Source: an uncultured Phycisphaerales bacterium (GTDB taxonomy: Bacteria; Planctomycetota; Phycisphaerae; Tepidisphaerales; Tepidisphaeraceae). From it: a stretch of DNA of 64,000 nt. Within the stretch, counting starts at the first letter, position 1. The number at the start of each line of letters is the position of its first letter. The DNA is taken from the NCBI GenBank assembly GCA_963755915.1, contig CAVWLP010000002.1, forward strand, positions 1 to 64,000. Reading direction: 5' to 3'. Below the pieces are notes generated by a model. The model was not told the DNA's origin and did no database searches. It worked only from the letters and a program-made list of their open reading frames with translations. A program made the translations under genes and the position numbers. Of the stretch, positions 55,259 through 64,000 are shown piece by piece.

Positions 55259-55389
55259 GCCGCGTCAGTGTGCCGACAGCCAGCCCAACAAAAAAAAGCA
55301 GTTGGGTGTCAGTCATCACTTCAAATGCCACCACCGATCATCGGATCAAATGCCACCACGTCCGATATATCGCAATCGACCGTCCCATT

Positions 55390-56301
55390 TCAAATTGACG
55401 CCGAGTTGTTGACTACCGGCGAGGCCGCTTCGGCAGGCTGAACCCCCACGCCAGAAGACAATGGCTTTCTGGCATCGGTGTCTTCCGGAGGGGAAAGCCC
55501 TTCATCGCCGCCGGTACTCCGGCGTCCTCGCGGTTTGGTGGATTCGATGCTTTCAGCGGTAGGCTTCGCCTCCGCGGCACGGTCTCGCAACCGATAGCTT
55601 CTGCCGGTGATCGCGATCACCTCGGCGTTGTGCAGGAAGCGATCGAGGATTGCCGTGGCGGCCGGTACGTCGCCGATCAATTTGCCCCAGTCTTCGAGCG
55701 GCCGGTTGCTGGTCATCATGGTGGAGCGAACCTGGTAACGCCGCATGATGATCTCGAAGAGATATTCGCCGGAGCGTTTGGGCAATTGCTTCATGCCCAT
55801 ATCGTCGATGATGAGCAGATCGGGCCGGAGATACCGCTCCATGATTTTGTCCTGCTGGTTGAGGGCCTCATCGTGCAGGAAGTCGCGCACCACGTCGAAG
55901 ATCGAGCGGTAAAGCACGACCGATCCGTTCTTGATGGCTTGGTATCCCAGTGCCTGGGCGATGTGACTTTTTCCCAGACCCGGCGGCCCGATCAGCAAGA
56001 CATCCCGCGCCTCGCGGATGAACCGGCCGGTTGCCAGCTCGAAGATCTGCTTGCGTTTGACCGACGAGTTGAAGGAAAAGTCGAACTCGTCGAGGGTCTT
56101 GAGTTCCCGAAAGCCCGCGATCTTGACGCGCCGGGCGATCAGGCGTTCATTGCGAATGAGCAATTCATCCTGAAGCACCAGTTCCAAAAACTCGCCGTGG
56201 GAAAGCTGATGGCCGGCGGCTTCCTGCAAGCGCACGTCCAAGGTGGAGGCCAAGCCCGAAAGCCGAAGGCGGGTCAGGGCGGTTCGTAACGATTCGTTCA
56301 T
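55390..56301 (-). CDS. istB: IS21 helper ATPase IstB
   Basis: GPPGLGKS, LLIIDDMG and TSNRPLEDW. Confidence 0.95.
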   Translation of the reverse strand: MNESLRTALTRLRLSGLASTLDVRLQEAAGHQLSHGEFLELVLQDELLIRNERLIARRVKIAGFRELKTLDEFDFSFNSSVKRKQIFELATGRFIREARDVLLIGPPGLGKSHIAQALGYQAIKNGSVVLYRSIFDVVRDFLHDEALNQQDKIMERYLRPDLLIIDDMGMKQLPKRSGEYLFEIIMRRYQVRSTMMTSNRPLEDWGKLIGDVPAATAILDRFLHNAEVIAITGRSYRLRDRAAEAKPTAESIESTKPRGRRSTGGDEGLSPPEDTDARKPLSSGVGVQPAEAASPVVNNSASI

Positions 56302-56311
56302 AAATCTCCTT

Positions 56312-57963
56312 TCAAAAAAGTGGAGGCTTTGCCTCCACGGGGGTGTTATCGAAAGCGTCATGGACCAGTTGGGAGTAATCCGAAAGCGACCGGATCAGGG
56401 GATGCTCGGCGACGAACTCGAACTGTTGCTGTTGCGCGGCGGATTCCGATCGTTTCAGCAGATTGCGGATGTCGCGCAGCCGATGGGTGCCGTGCCCTTG
56501 AGCCACCTGACAGGCCTGTTCGATCATTTTGGCGGGATGGCGATGCGTGAGACTGACCAGCCCCATCACCACGCGCAAGGCGTGAATCCCCCGGCAATTC
56601 AGGACATTTTCAGCCCATTGGCCGGCGTGGGGACCGATGGCGCTGGCCTTGTTCATCCACCAGGCCGCGCCGCGTTCGATCCCGCCGCGCTTCTCGGGAA
56701 CGATGTGACGATCATCGGTGGCGAAGCGTCCCGGCTCGTGCTGAACGTGGATGGCAACCTGCCGAAGCTGAGAATCAAAGAGCCGGACGACGTGCCCGTC
56801 CCAGCGCGCCCAGATGGTCCGGCCGAGGAACTCCGGCGGCGCCGAGTAATACGCCTTGGCCACCTCCACGTGGCCATCACGGTTGACGATCCGCTGGGCT
56901 TCCTGAAAACAGGGGAACCGTCCCGGCGGAAGAGGCAATAGCGCCGGCTTCTCCACTTCCGCGAACATCCTCGCCACCTGCTTGCGCGTGGTGCCATGAA
57001 TGCGCGTGTCGGCGATGGTCGATTCCCATTCGGCCAGGAATTGGTTCTGCTCGGAAAGGCTCTTGAAGGTTCGGGCCTTGAGAGCATTCCCCTGGGCGTA
57101 TCCGACGCCGCGTTCGATCTTTCCCTTGTGCCGTGGCGTCCTTGGGCGCGTCGGCAAAATGACGGTGCCGTAGTGACGCGCGAACTCCTGAATCTTGGGA
57201 TTCAGATCGGGATCGTACCAGTCGGCATGGGTGACGGCCGCTTTGAGATTGTCGATCACCAGAGTTCTGGGAACACCGCCGAAGTGAATGAAGGCGTTTT
57301 CGATGCAGCGGATGAACTGCTCGGTGGTCTGCCGGGGCGTCACTTCGCTGTAGGCTTTGCGCGAGCAGCTCAGCACGATGCGGAACAGGTGGGGACGGGT
57401 TCGTTTGCCGTCGGGTGTGACGAGGGGCGCGCCCTTGCCGAAGTCCACCTGGGCCTCGGCGCCGGGGCGCATTCCATTCGCCGATAGGGCAATCCGTTGG
57501 TTCCGGCACGGTTGAGCCGCTGGACAAATCGCTGGACCGGTTGGTAAGGACCGTCGAAGCCATGATCGGCAGCCAAGTCCTGCCAGATACGCTTGGCCGT
57601 CAGGCCTTGCTCAAGACCCTGAAGGATGACGGTGCGCCATGGCTCGCACTGGCTGTGACGGCCGGAAAACCCGGTAATCGAAATGGCGGCATTTGAACCG
57701 ACAGATTCCGCCTCGCCGTGCATTGACCCGGTCATCGGAATGGTGGCATTTGCCTCCGATCTGACCTCGGACCCGGCAATCAGAATAGCGGCATCTGGAT
57801 CCGGCGGACCTGCACCGGGTGGTTCGATCACCGCGGATTTAATGTGACGAGAGACCGTCTCCCGGTCGATGCCCAGTTCCGCGGCGATCCGGCGATACGA
57901 CCAGTTCAGTCGCGCAAGTCCCAAGATTGTCTGATGTTCCGCCATTGTGAGCCGATTCGACAT
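56312..57963 (-). CDS. istA: IS21 transposase IstA (frameshift near 57470)
   Basis: HTH WSYRRIAAELGIDRETV; AQVDFG, VIDNLK, KGKIERG and RIHGTT. Confidence 0.93.
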
Positions 57964-58123
57964 CCGCAAGCTCCCACCGGCGAGCAGCCGGGAAGCTTAC
58001 GGACCGAATCTGCGCCTCTCCAAAATGGCGGCATTTGAAGTGATGTTACGTGGCGTGATTTAAGTGATGCGCTGACACAGTTGGTTTATCGCACACGGAA
58101 AAACCGTAACCGCCGCTGCAAGC

Positions 58124-58152
58124 TTGACCATACTGGCCCATTTACATATTAT
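58124..58152 (+). promoter_or_regulatory. Candidate sigma70 promoter
   Basis: TTGACC-17 nt-TATTAT in an AT-rich gap upstream of the 58.4-63.5 kb operon. Confidence 0.35.
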
Positions 58153-58368
58153 GCGACTATATAGGTATAATATCCTTTTTCGCTTTGATATTAGCCGGTG
58201 AAACGTAACAATGAGGACGGCCATCGCCTCATTTCGTGCCTCTAGAACGAACAAGTTCCAGGTTTATCATGATGGTCCTTTGCCCGGATTTGTCTCGCCT
58301 GTATTGTTTGCGGATTTCTAGTTAACCCCAATCCGCGACAAAAAGGCGACAGGATGGGGACGCCAAAC

Positions 58369-59855
58369 ATGGCTATTAATAAAAAGCCGGGCAGTCTGCG
58401 GGCCGGCGTGGGCAAAAGCGATATCACGACCGAGTCGCCTGACGCCGTAATACTTGACCGGCTATTCGCCAAAGCTCTGGTTCTGGACGACGGCGTGACA
58501 AAGCTTGCCATTGTCACGATGGACGTGACGGCGATTGGCGGACGGCGGATTTCGCAGGGCATGTTGCCAGATGTTTCCGAAGAGTTTCTGCCAACGCTTC
58601 GGGAGCGGATACAAAATGAATTGGGCGTCCCAGCCAAGCACGTGATGGTTAATGCTTCCCACACCCACCCTCCGGGGCGAATGCTTTGCGACGACGCGGC
58701 ACAATTGGATCGAACGTTTGATGCCGTCCGCCAAGCGATGGACGGCCTCACGGAAGTGACGGTCGGCGCAGGGTCCGGCACAGAAGACAGAATTACGATC
58801 AACCGCAATCTCAAGCTCAAGGATGGCCGCCACTGGACTATCCGCCACGCCAACCCGTGTCCGCCGAGCGGTGAGGTCGTTGGCGTCGGCCCGCATGACC
58901 CCCAGATCGGGATTCTACGCATCGATCGACTGGACGGCCGCCCGCTTGCCGTAGCATACAACTTCGCGTCGCACCTGCTGTTCGGCGATCCGGAAGGCAA
59001 GATCACCGCCAATTTCTGCGGCGTCGCATCCAATTTCATTGAAGAATCGATCGGCCATGGCGCGATGGCGCTCTTCTTACAGGGCGCTGCCGGGGATGTG
59101 GTGGATATTTTCTTCAAGGACTTCAATCGGCCTCGCGACATCAAGCTGCTTGGTATCATGCTGGGACAAAGCACGGTGGCGGCGCTGCGCGACATCACCA
59201 CCGATCGGCGCGACTAGGCGTCATTTCGAAGATCATCGACCTTCCTCGCGGAACGGACATCCCCGCCCGTATCGCGGCGTTGCAAAAGGAGCAGCAAGAA
59301 CTGCTCGAATCGCTTCGCTACACGGCTCTGAATTTCGAGAGTTTTTTGCCGCTGTATCTCAAACATATTTTCAGCGCAAAACATCCCGCGGACTGTTCCT
59401 ACCGGTATCTTCAAGCGGAAAAGATCGGCAATTATGAATTGGCCGCGATGGATAGATTTGTCGAGCGACTTCTTGAGAAGTATCTCCAGAATATCCGCAC
59501 GATGGAAAGGCTGGGACGGATTCGCGAGAATATCGCGACACTGCACAAGCATCTCGTGCTCAATGAGGATTCCGGCGAAACGACCATCCGCGCTGAGATC
59601 CAAGGCATCCGCATCGGCGACTTTGTGTTGATAGCCGCGCCGATTGAGGTGCTGACGGAAGTGGCCCTAAACGTCAAGAAGGGGTCGCCGCACAAGCACA
59701 CGTTTATCGCGGGTTTTTCGAACGGGTACATGCACTACGGCCCGCCCGCGGCTGACTATGGCAAGGGCGGTTACGAAGTGAACGAGTGCCTGCTCGCACC
59801 CGAATGGCAAGCGATCTTTGAGCGGACGGCGCGAGACATTCTCTCCAAGCTGTAG
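58369..59855 (+). CDS. Neutral-ceramidase-like amidohydrolase (frameshift near 59215)
   Basis: AGVGKSDIT, NASHTH, NFASH, FLQGAAGD and GFSNGYMHY...GGYE. Confidence 0.7.
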
Positions 59856-59876
59856 CACGCCAACCTGGATTGGGTC

Positions 59877-62294
59877 ATGCATTGGATAGACTGGATCATT
59901 GCCTTATCTCCGCTGATCGTGGTGGCCGCGCTGATCGTCTGGGGGCGCGGGCATGTGCACAGCGTTGCGGATTTTCTGACGGGCGGTCGCGTCGCCGGAC
60001 GGTACCTGCTGGCAGTATCGGGGATGGGGGCTAGTCAAGGGATCTTCGGTTTGTTGGCGATGTATGAGGCCTATTACCAATCGGGGTTTGCGTATGGATT
60101 CTGGAACGCCCTCTATACGGTCACGGCAGTCGTGATGTCCCTGACCGGATACTGCACTTATCGCTATCGGGAAACGTGCGCCATGACGATGGGCCAGTTC
60201 CTGGAGATGCGATACAGCCGCCGATTCAGAATCTTCGCCGGATGTTTGCAGTCATTGTCCGGCGTGCTCAACTATGGACTCTTTCCTGCCGTCTCCGGAC
60301 AATTCTTCGTATTTTTCTGCGGCCTGCCGACCGAGTTCGAGCTTTTTGGTTTTGCCGTCCGCACGTGGATTCTGATCATGGCGATCTATCTGGCCATCGC
60401 CGTGCTGCTGGCGACATCGGGTGGGCAGCTCAGCATTATGGTGGCGGACTGCATCGTCGGGGTGCTGAGCTATCCGATGTATCTATGTGTCGTGGCCTAT
60501 ATACTGTGGAAGTTTTCTTGGTTTCACGATTTCGCACCGCCACTGTTGGATCGTCCGCGCGGACTTAGCCTGATTAATCCATTCGACATCGTACAGCTGC
60601 GGGAATTCAACATATTCTATGTGGTCGTGGGGATCTTCGGTGGGATCATCAACCAATTGGCCTGGTCAGGCAACCAGGGATTCAGTGCGGCCGGCAGGAA
60701 CGCGCACGAACAGAAGATGGCCGGCATTCTGCAAACGTGGCGGACCGGATTTTCGATGATCATGTACATTTTGGTGCCGGTGCTGGCGATCTCGTTTTTC
60801 AACAGTTTGAAGTTTCAGGACGGTCCGCGCGGGTCGGACGCTTGCCGAATAGAACTGGCGTCGAAGGTCGCCAGCGAAGTTTTGCCTGGTCAGCCGCTCG
60901 CCGCGCCTCGACGTGAAGTGGTCGCGTTTCTGAGAGTAGGCAAAATCACACCAGCGTTACAGAGTCTGCTCGACAAGAGCGCTCCCTTCAAAGGCCCACC
61001 GGATGCCGAAACTGCTGCGGCAGCGAAAGCTTCCTCGACCGATGTGCCGATGGCCCCAAGCGCCCGTGTCCAAGTAGCCCGGGATGCCATCCGTGCCGTT
61101 GATCCCGCCGCGTCGCAGAGATTTGCGACGATCTTCCGCCAAATGAGCGTACCGATGGCGGTGCGATATATCATGCCCGTCGGCATTATTGGTATCTTCT
61201 GCGCGATTTGCATCGGCCTGCTGATGTCGACGGACGCGTCGTACCAGCACTCGTGGGGTTCGATCATCGTTCAGGACATAATTCTTCCGCTTCGCAAGAC
61301 GCCGCTCTCTCCTCGTCGTCACCTCCTGGTATTGAGATGTCTGATCGCGTTCGTGGCAACATTTGCGTTTTTCTTTAGCTGTTTTTTTGGCCAAATCGAC
61401 TACATCTTAATGTTCCAGGCGATCACCGGCGCGATTTGGCTTGGTGGCAGCGGCCCATGCATTGTAGGAGGCCTCTACTGGAAGCGCGGCACGACGGTGG
61501 CCGCCTGGTGCACCCTGCTTGCAGGTTCCGGCCTGGCTTTGTTGTCGATCGCTGTTCAGAGATACTGGGTTGGACTGATTTATCCCTGGCTTGTTCAGCA
61601 CGAAATGGTTGACACGGTTGCTCGATGGCTGCAAACGGCGTCCAGGCCGTTTGAGCCGATCATCAAGTGGCGAATGAGCGCAGACGAGTTTCCCATCAAC
61701 TCGCAGGAGCTGTTTGCGATCAACATGCTGGTATCGGTTGGAACTTATGTCATTGTGTCATTAATGACGTTGCGCGAGCCGTTCAACATGGATCGCCTGC
61801 TGCATCGCGGGAAATATCGCCGGGCAGATGAGCCGGTTTTAGCGAAAGAGCGCCTGACCCTGCATAATGCCTTTTCGAAGCTGATCGGCATCGATTCACA
61901 ATACACGCGCGGCGACAAAATCTTGGCGTGGTCCGTGTTCATCTGGTCTTTCGGCTGGGGGTTCGGCGTCTGTTTCGGAATTATTACGATCTGGAATCTA
62001 TTCAGTCCGTGGAGCGACTATGCATGGTCCAAATGGTTCTACATTAACAACGTCGTCCTTGCCGGAGTGATCGGCGTGGTCTCGACAGTCTGGTTCACGA
62101 TCGGCGGATCCATAGACCTGCGCAGGCTCTTTCGAGATTTGAAAACCAAGCGCGAGAATATTCTCGACGACGGCCACGTGATCGGTCACGTATCCGCAGA
62201 TGAAGTGGCGCAGGTTGAGAAAGTAGAACATGTCACAACCGGGAAAGAAGGAAGTCATGGAGGAACCGAAGCGGTGATGAAGCGAAGCACTTAG
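59877..62294 (+). CDS. Sodium:solute symporter (SSS family)
   Basis: ADFLTGGRVAGRYL, TMGQFLEMRYSRRFR and GGLYWKRGT; many TM helices. Confidence 0.92.
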   Translation: MHWIDWIIALSPLIVVAALIVWGRGHVHSVADFLTGGRVAGRYLLAVSGMGASQGIFGLLAMYEAYYQSGFAYGFWNALYTVTAVVMSLTGYCTYRYRETCAMTMGQFLEMRYSRRFRIFAGCLQSLSGVLNYGLFPAVSGQFFVFFCGLPTEFELFGFAVRTWILIMAIYLAIAVLLATSGGQLSIMVADCIVGVLSYPMYLCVVAYILWKFSWFHDFAPPLLDRPRGLSLINPFDIVQLREFNIFYVVVGIFGGIINQLAWSGNQGFSAAGRNAHEQKMAGILQTWRTGFSMIMYILVPVLAISFFNSLKFQDGPRGSDACRIELASKVASEVLPGQPLAAPRREVVAFLRVGKITPALQSLLDKSAPFKGPPDAETAAAAKASSTDVPMAPSARVQVARDAIRAVDPAASQRFATIFRQMSVPMAVRYIMPVGIIGIFCAICIGLLMSTDASYQHSWGSIIVQDIILPLRKTPLSPRRHLLVLRCLIAFVATFAFFFSCFFGQIDYILMFQAITGAIWLGGSGPCIVGGLYWKRGTTVAAWCTLLAGSGLALLSIAVQRYWVGLIYPWLVQHEMVDTVARWLQTASRPFEPIIKWRMSADEFPINSQELFAINMLVSVGTYVIVSLMTLREPFNMDRLLHRGKYRRADEPVLAKERLTLHNAFSKLIGIDSQYTRGDKILAWSVFIWSFGWGFGVCFGIITIWNLFSPWSDYAWSKWFYINNVVLAGVIGVVSTVWFTIGGSIDLRRLFRDLKTKRENILDDGHVIGHVSADEVAQVEKVEHVTTGKEGSHGGTEAVMKRST

Positions 62295-62336
62295 AATGAA
62301 CAATGCTATGATTGCGGGCAATCACTCGCGCCGCCC

Positions 62337-63497
62337 ATGAATGAAACAAAGATTAATTTTGACGTGATCGTCGTCGGTGTCGGAAGCATGGGCTCGGCCG
62401 CATGTTTCCAATTGGCCCGCCGCGGCGTTCGCGTTTTGGGCTTGGAGCGATTCGATATTCCGCACGGAATGGGCTCAGCGCACGGCTTTTCGCGCATGAT
62501 CCGCCTCGCCTATTTCGAGCATCCCGATTACGTTCCTCTGCTTCGCCGGTCGTATGAGTTGTGGGAAGAACTCGCCGCGGAACTTCGCCGCGACGTGATT
62601 CACATCACCGGAGGGTTGACGCTCGGCCCGCCCGGGGCCGAGGTCCTGGAAGGAAGCCTCCACTCGGTGAGAAGGTACGACCTTCCCCACGAATTGCTCG
62701 ATGCCGACGAGGCCATGAAGTGCTTCCCCCAATTCAAATTGCCGCAGGACTATCGCGTTCTTCACGATCATAAAGCTGGACTGGTCCTACCCGAGCGCGC
62801 CGTCGCCGGTTACGCGGAATTGGCCATGCGCAGCGGCGCCGAACTCCACGGCCAGGAGCCGGTCGAATCATGGGAAGCGTCGAGCAAAGATGTCGTTGTT
62901 CGGACTACAAAGGCAACCTACAGCGCTTCCACCGTATTATTCTGCGGCGGCGCCTGGACCGACAAACTGGTGCGCGACCTCGGTGTTCCGCTCACGGTCA
63001 CGCGTCAGCCCCTGGCCTGGGTCTGGCCCAAATCGCCCGAACTGTTCTCGCTCGGTAAATTCCCGGTCTGGATGCTAGAGCACCGCGACGGCTCCATTCA
63101 CTACGGCTTTCCCATGCTCCCCGACAATCCCGGTTTCAAACTGGCCTCGCATAAACGATCCGAGCCGACCGATGCCGAGATGCTCGACCGCTCCGTTCAC
63201 CCATCCGACGAACTGGCGATTCGCGGGGTGCTACGCGATTTCATTCCCGCCGCCGACGGTCCGCTGCTCTCCTTGCGCGTCTGTATGTACACCAACAGCC
63301 CCGACCACCAGTTCATCATCGATCGCCATCCAAACCATTCCAACGTCATAGTCGCCTGCGGCTTCAGCGGGCACGGATTTAAGTGTGCCAGCGGCATCGG
63401 CCAGGTCCTGGCGGAATTGGCGCTGGACGGGCGTTCGTCCTTGCCCGTGGAATTTCTGAGTCTGAAACGCTTCGGAGTTTCCGCGTCAATACTTTAG
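62337..63497 (+). CDS. solA: Monomeric sarcosine oxidase / N-methyltryptophan oxidase family
   Basis: VVGVGSMGS, GSAHGFSRMIR, CMYTNSPD (flavinylation Cys) and GFSGHGFK. Confidence 0.88.
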   Translation: MNETKINFDVIVVGVGSMGSAACFQLARRGVRVLGLERFDIPHGMGSAHGFSRMIRLAYFEHPDYVPLLRRSYELWEELAAELRRDVIHITGGLTLGPPGAEVLEGSLHSVRRYDLPHELLDADEAMKCFPQFKLPQDYRVLHDHKAGLVLPERAVAGYAELAMRSGAELHGQEPVESWEASSKDVVVRTTKATYSASTVLFCGGAWTDKLVRDLGVPLTVTRQPLAWVWPKSPELFSLGKFPVWMLEHRDGSIHYGFPMLPDNPGFKLASHKRSEPTDAEMLDRSVHPSDELAIRGVLRDFIPAADGPLLSLRVCMYTNSPDHQFIIDRHPNHSNVIVACGFSGHGFKCASGIGQVLAELALDGRSSLPVEFLSLKRFGVSASIL

Positions 63498-63520
63498 GAA
63501 TTGATCTGATTCGCTTGAAG

Positions 63521-64000
63521 CTAGGGTGCGCGCATGGCGGTAACGCTGGTGTCGGCAACGAATTTCCGCGCCGGCAGCGAGAACGGTGTCACAGTGCCGT
63601 TGATGCGGTCTTTGCACCAATGAATGATTGCTAATTTCTCACCGGCGGCAGTGGGATCGTCGGCACCACTGAACACAGCCTGGCCTACAGCGGATTTTCG
63701 GTTACCCACCGCCTTGATGGCTTCAATCTTCACGTTCAGAGCCTCAAGCGGGTCTTCAAGCAGACTTGGTAATTGTCCGAAAACGCTCGCCTCATCCGTA
63801 GTTCCCACTACCCCAATCGCCCAGATCGCCGCGGAACGCAGATTGGACGGGTAAATTGACCTCTGGAAGATGTATGCTTTGACCTTGGCGCCAATCGGCA
63901 CATATCCGAGTTGCGCCGCGGACACGACGGCGTTTATGGCCGCTATGGTGGCGGCCTCCGAATTTCCCGGCCCCGCCCTCGTGATCGCAGACATGGCGCG
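63521..64000 (-). CDS. HEAT-repeat-like protein, C-terminal part
   Basis: LRSAAIWAIG and VKIEAIKAVG helices; runs off window. Confidence 0.55.
   Translation of the reverse strand, partial: RAMSAITRAGPGNSEAATIAAINAVVSAAQLGYVPIGAKVKAYIFQRSIYPSNLRSAAIWAIGVVGTTDEASVFGQLPSLLEDPLEALNVKIEAIKAVGNRKSAVGQAVFSGADDPTAAGEKLAIIHWCKDRINGTVTPFSLPARKFVADTSVTAMRAP

Larger units (their letters stand above)
55307..58077 (-). mobile_element. IS21-family insertion sequence (copy B, 2771 bp)
   Basis: Ends TGTCAGTCATCACTTCAAAT / TGTCAGCGCATCACTTAAAT; flanking CAGTTGG at 55299-55305 (plus one extra G) and 58078-58084. Confidence 0.92.

Noticed and set aside
1-64000. Programmed frameshifting or mass pseudogenisation
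   Set aside because: Single-base indels hit unrelated genes throughout, including recent-looking IS copies, which fits sequencing error better. Read polishing would settle it.

Overview
Accessory-rich window from a GC-rich bacterium, most likely a planctomycete (DUF1559-type prepilin gene; Phycisphaerae-like protein style). Many genes are split by single-base indels, probably long-read errors. (1) 1-6.9 kb is the right end of an island: dynamin-like GTPase, TPR protein, orphan Xre/MbcA-type antitoxin, and a hipBA pair whose hipA is split by an IS21 element. It ends in a 3' half of tRNA-Met. (2) 6961-24865 is a ~17.9 kb integrative mobilizable element bounded by an 11-bp direct repeat. It has a large serine recombinase whose C-terminus overlaps the att site, a MOBP/VirD2-like relaxase and a candidate oriT. 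Its lower-GC cargo looks like an uncharacterised extracytoplasmic peptide-maturation system. The key gene is absent from the ORF track because an IS256 splits it: a 100-aa precursor with a signal-like leader ending in VRGG and a 61-aa core with 8 Cys. Downstream lie a C39-peptidase/rhodanese fusion, MauE/DoxX, a DUF1559 pseudopilin and a TlpA-type redoxin. (3) 24.9-34.4 kb holds decayed island ends, tRNA fragments and an atypical tyrosine integrase. (4) 35-64 kb is a catabolic region (D-amino acid dehydrogenase, nagA, dipeptidase, GH-like proteins, esterases, aminotransferase, oxidoreductases, SSS symporter, sarcosine oxidase-like) containing a second IS21.
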